Positions 27,778 through 37,300 of a stretch of 42,028 nt of DNA are shown in pieces. How positions within the stretch are numbered: the stretch's first letter is position 1; each line of letters begins with the position of its first letter. The DNA comes from a virus. Taxonomy: Duplodnaviria > Caudoviricetes. The stretch spans positions 1 to 42,028 of the IMG/VR virus record IMGVR_UViG_3300032214_001577. The stretch is one strand, 5' to 3'. A program made the position numbers and the translations under genes. The notes under the pieces were generated by a model, which saw nothing but the letters and a program-made list of their open reading frames with translations, searched no databases and had not been told where the DNA came from.

Positions 27778-30700
27778 ATGACTACCAAGGAAAAATACGA
27801 ATTGATTGATAAAAGCCAAGTCAGTGAAAAACTTTTGACAATCCTTCAAAATATGGAGAAATCCAGCAAAAATTTCACTGATGAAGCAGTCAATTCAAGA
27901 GTCGATTCTGCATTAGATAAAATTATCGAAGGTTTCAAGGCAAAAAAACCAGAAGCCCTGCGTACAATTACTGAAGCCAAGAAAGAGGTGAAGGAAGAAA
28001 AAGAAAAGGCTATAAAAAAGAACGAAGGCAAAGACTTTTCTGACAAAAAAGATACGGATGACAAAACTGGTTTGCCTAAAAAAGATACTCTTGAAGAGCG
28101 TAAGGAAATCATAAAAAAAGAATCTGAAACCGAAAAAGAAGCCAGAGAAAGAGCAAAAAAGGAATTAGAAAAGGAAAAGGAAAAAGCGAAAGACGAAATT
28201 GAAAGTCAGATTGAGAAGTTAAATCGATTGATTTTGGAAGACCCTGCGTTGCGTGGTTTCAATACTGGAACTGCTGCGACTGGAGGTGGAAAAAGCACTC
28301 CTATAATTGATGCCGAGCGTAAAGCCTTGCCCCGTGGTAGTAGGGTGAGTAAAAAAGGCTGGAAGAATCAATATGGTGCTTCTGATGGTGGTCGTAAGTA
28401 CTGGGAGAATCGTGAGAATCGTTCCGACAGAAAGAGTCCTGAGTATGAAACTGGAAAGCCGTATTTAGCGAAGGGTGGAAATATTGATTCATTGGATGAA
28501 CGGATGAATTTCGTTATTGCTTATAATTATGCAAAAGATAGGAAGGTAGACTCAGATAAGAGTTTTGAAGAATTTAAAGAAGAGTTTAAAAGAAAAACCC
28601 CAAAATCTGCGAAATATTCCGACAAGGTTATGAAGGCGACATACTATGCCTTACAACAAAATTACGCTAAAGGTGGAAATGTATATTCATCTGATGATAT
28701 GTACGAAATCACTATGGTTCAAGATGGTATTGAATTAGATTCAAAATTGATTCGGGCAAGAAACAAAGGAGAAGCCAGAATGATTTTTGAGGATATGTAC
28801 TTGGATAAATATCAAGATGAGTTTGGAGAGTTTGAAATTAAAATTGAATTAGCCAAAAACAAGATGTCCAGAGGTGGGGGAATCGGATTTAAGAATTTTG
28901 GTAAAACCAAAGGTAGGTTTAAATTGACATACGAAGATGATGGTGAAGAACAAAGTGAAATCTGGTCATCCTTAGAAGAAGCCACGAGTAGCGCAATAAG
29001 ATATTCAAGTCCCAAATTGGGTTATACCAACGTACACATTTATGACGAAACTGGCAAAGAGTACTTTTTCGCAGATGGTGGCTACACGGAAAGCGGTGAA
29101 AAACTCTATGAAATTGCCAACAATATGTCTGATAAGGAATTTCAAGAGGCGTTTCGCAATTTATCTGAAAAAGAAAAAGATTTGTATGAATCACTATTGC
29201 GATTGGGTGACGAGAGTAAAATTGCTCTTGCAACCGTATTAAATGAATCAAAAAAACCGAAATACGATAAACTCACATGGGATTTGCACAGATACGAAAA
29301 AGGTGGTGAAATGGCTGATGGTGGAGAAACTGAAGAGGGTAAGTATTATGTTATGGATGCAAAAGATGGCAAAATCGTTTCCAAAGGTTTTGATACGATA
29401 GAAGAAGCGATAGTGGAAAAATTCAAAATATTTGAAAAGACCGACAATTTCTTTTTAACCCAAAAGAAAATGGCTGATGGTGGAAATGTCGATTCATCTG
29501 ATGGTGATGGTGTTTTAAGTAAATACAACAAAAAGGGTAACGAGCAGTTGGTAATTATTGAAAACTTTGATGATAAGCCATATTTAGTGTATGCGGTTTA
29601 TGTAGATGGTGAATATGACCGTCGAATTAAAGTGAAGAAAAGCAATCCTTTTTTAAGTCAAAATAAAATGGCTTATGGTGGAGAAACTGAAGATTTTTTT
29701 GCTAATGGTGGTTCGATTAAAGATATTAAAATCGGTAGCAAAATTGGATTTTTAAGACCCAACACGGGTAGATATGAATATGCAGAGGTTTTATCTATGG
29801 ATGATGAAAAAATAGATTTGGTGGTAAGACACCCCAAAAGAAGCCAATTGGATAATTATTTTACGGAAACCAAAGAAAGGATAAGACAGTTTATCAAACA
29901 ACCTTCAGAGGATTGGAAAGATGGCAGAATGCTTGTGAAAATTAAATACGCCAAGGGTGGTGTAATCAAAGCCAAGAAAATATCCGATTTGAATTATATT
30001 GAAATTTTCGAAAAAATACCTCTTGGTATTGGTGCTACTTTTGCAACAATTTTGCCCGAAAATCCTGAAGGTGGTAAAATAAAATATGGTTTGATAATTA
30101 ACGATATAATTGATGGGCAAAAGCCTGAAAATTACTTTATAATTAATTTGGATGACAAATATTATTCAGATGAGCGTAAATCATTAAAATCCGCTATTAG
30201 GAATCCATATACCTATGAGGATAAATTTGAAGCGATAAAGGAAGGTAATCATTTATTGGTCATAAGTATTGAAGGTACTCGCAAGCAAGGTTTAATAGAT
30301 TTGATATATAAGACTTACATAAATAGTCGAAATACAAATGTGAGTATGGTTGGTGAAACGGATTTGCCTTTAGATTATCCACATAGATTCCGAAATGATT
30401 TCAATTTTGTGGTATTTAAGGGTGCAATATCGGATTTAATGTCAGTAGCAGAAAGGATTGAAAGTTCATTCTATTTCGAGGGGGCTAAATTATACAAAGA
30501 ACCAACTCCATACATCATGCGTATCATCTGGAACATCCCTGCTATTTTGGATTTTGAAGATGAAGTTAAAACCCCTGCCACATACATTCCTATTTTTGAA
30601 GTTGCTGACGAGATAAAGCCAAAGACATCCAAAAAATATGCTGAAGGTGGTGAAGTAGAAGGTGTTGACTTATTTGAGGATTATGATGACCAACCAGAAG

Positions 30701-31584
30701 AAGTTCAGGCTATACTTGCCAACTACGACATGGAGGATAACGATTATGAAACCATGCAAAACCTGAAAGCGGAACTTGAATCTATTGGATACACGATGGA
30801 CTTTGGTTTAGATGCCGAACCATACGACCTGCGTAAAATTGGTCAGGTAGGTAAATCTGAATTTTATGCTAAAGGTGGTATGATGGCTGATGGAGGGATA
30901 ATAAATACAAGAGAATTAAACAAAAAAATTAAAGGTTGGTATATAAAAAATTACCCTACGGATGATTTAGGACAAAAAATAAACGATAAAATCACTTTCA
31001 AGGGATTTTGGGCTTATTTGAGTCAAGGCTACAATGTTTATGATGTTTTAGAAGTATCAGATAGTGTAATAAGAGAAAGGGTCTTTGAAAAATTATCTGA
31101 AATTTATGCGGTTGACTATGATGTAGTTTATAAAATGTGGTTGCGTGGTAATGAGTACGCTGAAGGTGGTGAAGTTGATTTTAATGAAAGAATGGCAAAA
31201 ATGAGGAATGCGAATGACATTCTTGAAATGAAAGTGAAAGGTAAAATCGCTATGGCAGTTGGTATTGACAGAGCGATTAACTTGATGTCCAGAGATTATT
31301 CAATAGACCCAATAGGTATGATTGTAAGCGCAGTTCGTTCGGGTTTATTGTCATTGGATGAAATTAACCAAGATTTGGTTTCTAACGCAGAGTATGTGGC
31401 AGATAGAGTTACCGATGATTACAGAGATAGTGGACAAGGAATTGGCGGTAGTGACATGACTTATTTTACAAAAGAAATGCTGGATGACTCTGGTTATAAA
31501 ACTGGTTTTATCAATAACAGATTGAACCGAGTTGATGAAGATGGAAATGAGTTGGTAATCGACAAATATGAAATGGAATTCTAA
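27778..31584 (+). CDS. xxGG-punctuated modular protein (putative polyprotein), about 14 motifs
   Basis: LAKGG, YAKGG x3, MSRGG, FADGG, YEKGG, MADGG x3, MAYGG, FANGG, YAEGG x2, separating unrelated segments. Confidence 0.75.
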   Translation: MTTKEKYELIDKSQVSEKLLTILQNMEKSSKNFTDEAVNSRVDSALDKIIEGFKAKKPEALRTITEAKKEVKEEKEKAIKKNEGKDFSDKKDTDDKTGLPKKDTLEERKEIIKKESETEKEARERAKKELEKEKEKAKDEIESQIEKLNRLILEDPALRGFNTGTAATGGGKSTPIIDAERKALPRGSRVSKKGWKNQYGASDGGRKYWENRENRSDRKSPEYETGKPYLAKGGNIDSLDERMNFVIAYNYAKDRKVDSDKSFEEFKEEFKRKTPKSAKYSDKVMKATYYALQQNYAKGGNVYSSDDMYEITMVQDGIELDSKLIRARNKGEARMIFEDMYLDKYQDEFGEFEIKIELAKNKMSRGGGIGFKNFGKTKGRFKLTYEDDGEEQSEIWSSLEEATSSAIRYSSPKLGYTNVHIYDETGKEYFFADGGYTESGEKLYEIANNMSDKEFQEAFRNLSEKEKDLYESLLRLGDESKIALATVLNESKKPKYDKLTWDLHRYEKGGEMADGGETEEGKYYVMDAKDGKIVSKGFDTIEEAIVEKFKIFEKTDNFFLTQKKMADGGNVDSSDGDGVLSKYNKKGNEQLVIIENFDDKPYLVYAVYVDGEYDRRIKVKKSNPFLSQNKMAYGGETEDFFANGGSIKDIKIGSKIGFLRPNTGRYEYAEVLSMDDEKIDLVVRHPKRSQLDNYFTETKERIRQFIKQPSEDWKDGRMLVKIKYAKGGVIKAKKISDLNYIEIFEKIPLGIGATFATILPENPEGGKIKYGLIINDIIDGQKPENYFIINLDDKYYSDERKSLKSAIRNPYTYEDKFEAIKEGNHLLVISIEGTRKQGLIDLIYKTYINSRNTNVSMVGETDLPLDYPHRFRNDFNFVVFKGAISDLMSVAERIESSFYFEGAKLYKEPTPYIMRIIWNIPAILDFEDEVKTPATYIPIFEVADEIKPKTSKKYAEGGEVEGVDLFEDYDDQPEEVQAILANYDMEDNDYETMQNLKAELESIGYTMDFGLDAEPYDLRKIGQVGKSEFYAKGGMMADGGIINTRELNKKIKGWYIKNYPTDDLGQKINDKITFKGFWAYLSQGYNVYDVLEVSDSVIRERVFEKLSEIYAVDYDVVYKMWLRGNEYAEGGEVDFNERMAKMRNANDILEMKVKGKIAMAVGIDRAINLMSRDYSIDPIGMIVSAVRSGLLSLDEINQDLVSNAEYVADRVTDDYRDSGQGIGGSDMTYFTKEMLDDSGYKTGFINNRLNRVDEDGNELVIDKYEMEF

Positions 31585-33761
31585 TGAAAAACAACGTCCA
31601 ATTTATCACTGAAGAGCAAGCATATCGCTATATGCCCAATTCATCTATTGAAAAAGATGTTTTGGATAATGTTCGATACACGATTGACAACAACAAATTT
31701 GCTGGCAATTTCTATTCCAGTTCATGGCAGGGTGGTGGCGATGGCTATTTGTATGAATTAGATGACTATGATGGGTATGTTGTGGGTGCGCAAAAACTCA
31801 AAGAGGGTGAGAAAATTTATCGTTATTTTACCAGAAGAAGTGCAGTTTCAGGAATTAAGCCTTTGATTAAAATCAATATTGATAAGGGTTTGTTATATTT
31901 CCTGAAACCAGATGATGAGGATTTAGATTTAATAGAATTTGAAACTAAAGGTATTCCAGTCAGGTACTTAAATATTATTCCAAATGAAAAACAAGAATAT
32001 GCTGAAGGTGGTTATATGGCTGAGGGTGGGTCAGTAAATTCATTTGCGGATTTGACCAAATATGCTCAACAAAAAATAAAGGAATTCCCATTTTTATCTT
32101 CAGATATAGTTGCTTTATGGTCACTCGCTAAAGATGAAATTGCAGACGGGGAATCAGAAATGAACGAAGTTAGTCTTGCTCTGAGGGATATTAATGAATT
32201 AATTGCAGAAAATACTCAAGTTGATGAAACTGGCACTGGTGAAGAAGTTGAAGGTGCTGACTATTATGCGTTGTATCGGGGTGGTCGAGAATGGTATAAT
32301 TTTAAATATTACGAAGATGCTAAAAGCGAATACGATAAAGTAACAAAAGATAAATATGATTCTACATTATATGCATTTAAAAATGGCAAAAGAATTTTAA
32401 TAACGACAAGTGAAATAAAAAATAATAAATACGCACAAGGTGGTCAAATTAAATGGCAAGATGTGTTTACTGGTGACGGAGCATTGGTCATCTCAGAAAA
32501 CAAAATGGGGTATGTTGTAAAACCTTATGGACGTAGATTTCATTTGAGATTCCCCGATGGTTCTGAAAAAACATATTCTGCCGAAGAGTTGGAATTTTAC
32601 AAGGACGAAGAATATGCAGAAGGCGGTATGACAAAAACTACAAAAAACACAAAAAACAACATGATTTTTGATAAAAACGGGGAACGTAGAGTTGACCCTG
32701 AAGCGCTCGAATACATTGAAACTGAGGTTAAAATGTTGCCACAAACAAAGTTCATGCACACCGATACTAATGGCAAATATTCTGCTAAAAGGAAAAAATT
32801 GCATGAAGAAATAATTGGTCATTTTCATGAAGGTAAACCTTGCGTGAATAAAAGACCAGCAGTGGCAATTCTAACTGGTGGAGCGCCTGCTTCTGGTAAA
32901 ACTACTTTTATCAAAAAGTACGTGGATTTAGACCCTGACAAAGTTTATCACGTGGATGCGGATGAGGTACGTGCAATGCTTCCTGAATACAAAGGATGGA
33001 ACGCAAGTCAGACACACTTGGAAACGGCTGATATTGTCAATACTTTGATTGATGAAATCGGTATACCATGTGAACATGACTTGATTTATGATGGAACGAT
33101 GAACAAAGCAACGAAGTATGAAAAAATCGTTGACAAACTTCATAAACTCGGATACAAAGTATTTGTCATATACATTTCTATTCCAGAGCAGGTCAGCAAG
33201 GAGCGAGTAATTGCTCGTTACCAAAAATCGGGACGTTATGTACCTATGGGCGTTATTGAAGAAGTTTACGATAACGGATTGACTGCTTTTGAGAAAGTTG
33301 CTCGTGATATGGCTGATGGCTATATCAGGATTGATGGTATGACTGGCGAGGTTATTGAGCAAGGTGGTATTCCAATGCCAAAAAACATCGAGTACGAAAA
33401 AGGCGGTGAATTGGATGATGATAAGTATAAAAATGCTACTGCGCTGGTTCGTTCAGCAGAAAGATATACTGAAGTTGAAACTGGAGAACCAGTTAAGAAA
33501 GGTATGGGTATGGCACGTGCTTCCAAAAAGGATGGCAAGATGAAATACGATTCAGTAGTTGTATTCCTTAATAATGGCGAACAAGTTGTTTATGACGAAG
33601 ATGAGTTCCCCAAGTTCTTCATGAAAGATGGTGGAGAATTAAGGAGTCAAGATTACTATGATGGATTCCAGATGCAAGTGGTTCAAAAGAAGGGAATTCC
33701 AGATAAAGAAGTTCAAAAAGAAAACACAAAAATGAGATACCGTAAAGGTGGAAAATTATAA
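31584..33761 (+). CDS. xxGG-punctuated modular protein containing a zeta-toxin-like P-loop kinase domain
   Basis: GGAPASGKT, VDADE, IYDGT, R..ARY..SGRYVP; motifs YAEGG x2, MAEGG, YAQGG, YEKGG, MKDGG, YRKGG. Confidence 0.8.
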   Translation: MKNNVQFITEEQAYRYMPNSSIEKDVLDNVRYTIDNNKFAGNFYSSSWQGGGDGYLYELDDYDGYVVGAQKLKEGEKIYRYFTRRSAVSGIKPLIKINIDKGLLYFLKPDDEDLDLIEFETKGIPVRYLNIIPNEKQEYAEGGYMAEGGSVNSFADLTKYAQQKIKEFPFLSSDIVALWSLAKDEIADGESEMNEVSLALRDINELIAENTQVDETGTGEEVEGADYYALYRGGREWYNFKYYEDAKSEYDKVTKDKYDSTLYAFKNGKRILITTSEIKNNKYAQGGQIKWQDVFTGDGALVISENKMGYVVKPYGRRFHLRFPDGSEKTYSAEELEFYKDEEYAEGGMTKTTKNTKNNMIFDKNGERRVDPEALEYIETEVKMLPQTKFMHTDTNGKYSAKRKKLHEEIIGHFHEGKPCVNKRPAVAILTGGAPASGKTTFIKKYVDLDPDKVYHVDADEVRAMLPEYKGWNASQTHLETADIVNTLIDEIGIPCEHDLIYDGTMNKATKYEKIVDKLHKLGYKVFVIYISIPEQVSKERVIARYQKSGRYVPMGVIEEVYDNGLTAFEKVARDMADGYIRIDGMTGEVIEQGGIPMPKNIEYEKGGELDDDKYKNATALVRSAERYTEVETGEPVKKGMGMARASKKDGKMKYDSVVVFLNNGEQVVYDEDEFPKFFMKDGGELRSQDYYDGFQMQVVQKKGIPDKEVQKENTKMRYRKGGKL

Positions 33762-33765
33762 AACT

Positions 33766-34353
33766 ATGGACAAAGAAAAAGTTGAAATAAAGAACTTTCA
33801 CAAAAACATCATGGGGACTTTATCATTTGATATGAAGTTGCCGTCCATGAGAAAGTTTCAGGAATTTATTGTTTATCCAGTATCAAGAGAAGATGCCGAT
33901 AAACCCGTAACAATTCAAAGCGATACCAGGATAGGTGTTATTGACCTTGAAACTGGACGTGGATTAATGAGTCAATCTCACACTGGGGGTGCTTATTTTG
34001 TTCATCTGAGTGTTGATAAGAAGACCATTTTTAAATTGGATGAAACACAACTTGAATTGTTCCGTGAAAAAATGCGTAGCACATCAAGAACTGGTGATGG
34101 AATAATCAAGATGGATAATGAAGGTGCGAGTCTATTTAAAAAAGGTGGTCGTACTGAAGATTATACCATCGACATGGTAAAAAGCGATTTAAAAGTGATG
34201 GAAGAATATGCTTCAAAAATCGCATCTTTGTTGGACAAATTAGGCTATGTTGAACCTTGGATTGCTTCCAAGATTTACATCGCTGGAGAAAACATTGAAA
34301 ACATTAAACATTATCTGGAATACGAAGTTGAAGGCTTCCCTACAAAAAAATAA
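33766..34353 (+). CDS. two-module protein split by FKKGG
   Basis: ATG at 33766; beta-rich N module and helical C module. Confidence 0.65.
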   Translation: MDKEKVEIKNFHKNIMGTLSFDMKLPSMRKFQEFIVYPVSREDADKPVTIQSDTRIGVIDLETGRGLMSQSHTGGAYFVHLSVDKKTIFKLDETQLELFREKMRSTSRTGDGIIKMDNEGASLFKKGGRTEDYTIDMVKSDLKVMEEYASKIASLLDKLGYVEPWIASKIYIAGENIENIKHYLEYEVEGFPTKK

Positions 34354-34359
34354 AATCTG

Positions 34360-37300
34360 ATGAATTACGATAACTATTACAAAAATGGCGGTATGACAAA
34401 AGAAGAGTCTGTTTCCGCAATCGCTCTTAGAATTGGTGCAAGAAAAGAAGCAGTCGCCAAGTTCGTAGAACAAAATAACATTGATACCAACAAACTCAAT
34501 TCCGATTTGAAATCAGGAGAAGTTTATTTCATGGATGTCATCACTGCAATTGTTGGTATGCCCAACAATAAGTATGAGAAAGAAATCGTGAAAAAATATG
34601 GTAGCAAGATGGCTATGGGTGGCAAAACCCAAGGTTACGATGACCGTGAAGACGAAAGACTTGGGATGAAGTATGGTAAGATGTCAGGAAAAGATTTTGT
34701 TGGAAGTCATGAAATGAGGGAACATTCACGTAGGGACGATGCCAGGTTTGAAGAAAGAATGGAAAAGGGGGGTAAACTTTACACTACCCAAATGAATGTT
34801 GGTAGAGCCAAATATGTTATCAATTATCACGATGGTAGCAAAACCCATAAAGATGGAAGTCCGTTCTATGATATTGATATTTTTAGCAATCGGAAAGACT
34901 TTGATAAGGCAGTAAAAAAACTTGAGTCTGAAGGTTACAAATATCGTTATGCAGTTGGTGGCATGATGGCTGATGGTGGCAAAGTTTCTTATGATATTGA
35001 ATATAGAGATGAAGAAGGAGATACCTACGAAGCATCATTTGACACTTTAGAAGATGCAAAAGAGGAAATTAGAAAAATTCGTGAAGAAGGCGGTAGAATT
35101 ACAGAAACTTGGAAATATGTTGATGGAAAGTTCTCAGGAAGATTTAAACATGGTGGCATGATGGCTGATGGTGGTAGAATAAAAGTGGGGACTTTTGATG
35201 AAGCACAATTAAAAAAAGGTGAAGATAAAATTGCCGTTCAAAAATTGCAGAAAGAAAGCGGATTGAATTATGTAGATTCTAAAATCATAAAGAAGGGTGG
35301 AAAAATGTATTTAGATGTTTACCTAATACCAAATGAAGAATACTATAAATCATCAAAATTTGGAAATGGTGGCATGATGGCTGATGGTGGTGAAGTGTAT
35401 TATGTCAGGGATTTTTACCCAAATTATGATGAGGACAAAATCGCAAGTATTTTGAAGTCTATTGGTGCGAAAAAAGTCAGAAAAGCCAAGTTATATGGAT
35501 ACTCAAATCAACCAGATGTTGTTGTTTTTGAAGGTGATAAAAACGAGGCACAAGAGATTTTGGAAAAAGAATTTCCAGATAACTATATTTCAATTTACGA
35601 GAAAGATTGGGGTAGAAAAATGGCTGATGGTGGCGAAACTGAGCGTGATAAAAATGGCATGTTGTATGCTTTACAAGAGCATGTTTCAAGCGGTGAAATA
35701 GCAAACATCACAAACACTTCTAAATATGTGGATATTGATTCAATCAGGAGTAAAGCAATTCAATACTATATGCAAAATGGTGATAAACCATATTCGTATG
35801 CTGAACTTGAGTCTGTATTGAAGAAATTTGACCATACAAAGATGGCTAATGGTGGTAAATTAGAAGCAGGCGTTTATAGAATCGGTAAACCAAAAAGAAT
35901 TAGCGATAATTTATACGAGCAAAAGATTGTGGAAATTTTTGATAACGGAGATATTGCAACTGCCAGTGATTATGGTAGAAAGTTAGGAGATTTCAAATCT
36001 CAAATGTACCCAATAATAAACCAAGAACAATTTGAGGAACAATACAGATACGCTGAAGGCGGTGCTATCGAAGACCAATATGTAGGAAGAACTGCGCAAG
36101 ACATCTGGGATAGTTTGAGTGAACTTCAAAGACAACATTTTATTGGCGACCATGCTATTGAAATAGAAATGTTGAGCGACAAAAATTATGATGACTCGAA
36201 AAACGAATTTCCGAAAGAAATGACGAGAGAATTTGTAAAAAAAGCATATCGCTCTGACTGGGAAGGCTTGGATGAAGTTGTACAAAATAGATTTGCAAAC
36301 CATGTTAGGAAGGGTGAATACGCCAAAGGTGGAATTATTAAAGTTGGTGATAAAGTTCGTTCAAAAATATTTAGTGGCGTTGAAGGTGAAGTTGTTAGTA
36401 AAAAAGGCGATATGCTATTTATTGTAAGGCGCAACGCTTTGCCTAATGGTGATATTCAACACGATGTTTTGAGGATTAATGAAGTAGAAAAATTGGCTAA
36501 AGGTGGTAAAACTGATGATATTGATTACTCCAAACAAACTACGGACGATTTTACTTTAGGCGAAATTGTTTGGGATGTAGATAATGAAAGGTACGGAACG
36601 ATAATCGGGATTTATGATGATGATGGTTATGCTTCAAGTAAATTTGAATTAAGATTAGATTCTGATGGCGTACAACCCACTGAAAATTTGAGAAAAGTTG
36701 GTGATAAAGGTGATAAAGGGACTAAAAAACAATTGGATGAAGCAATCACACAATATGCAAGGTTGGTAAAACTATACGGCAAAGACAACGATTACCCTAA
36801 ACAAATAAAACCAGACGATTCTAAAGACGATGATAAGCCTAAAAACAAATGGGAATACACCGACAAGGATGAAATCGAATATGTAGTTGTTAAAGACAAA
36901 AACGCAAAAGAACTCAAGTTTGATGGTAAAAATGTTTTAAGTGGTGTTCATGACCTTTTAGAAAAAGGCGGTAAACTCACTGAAATCGGTAAATACTATT
37001 CAAAAAATGATGTCGTTTCGGTTGTCGTTAATGGCAAAAATATCTTGGATAAAAACACCGTTTCTGGAGTTTGGATTAAGAAAGATGCTAAACCCATGGC
37101 TGAAGATGTCGCTGACATGAAAATTGGGAAAACCACTTTGAAAAAAGGATTTAACGGATGGGTAGCAAAAACCATGGTTGACAACTTTAAAGGTTTTGAC
37201 TGGGACATCACCACAATTAAGAATTCTCGTGGTGATTTGACTACCACTGCTCAAGGTGGAAAATCGGAAGATAAAGGTGGATACAAAATGTTTACTTTTA

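Noticed and set aside
32877-32903. ILTGG and other GG pairs (HSEGG, EMEGG, NPEGG, SDGG, AQGG) as motif copies
   Set aside because: They belong to the P-loop or lack the aromatic/Met residue at -3, so they were excluded from the count.
31584-33761. Classical epsilon-zeta toxin-antitoxin pair
   Set aside because: The zeta-like domain is internal to a modular protein and no antitoxin ORF is recognisable.
34956-35390. 24-bp direct repeats as a CRISPR array
   Set aside because: The intervals are 171 and 192 bp, in frame within an ORF; the repeats are not palindromic and no cas genes are present.
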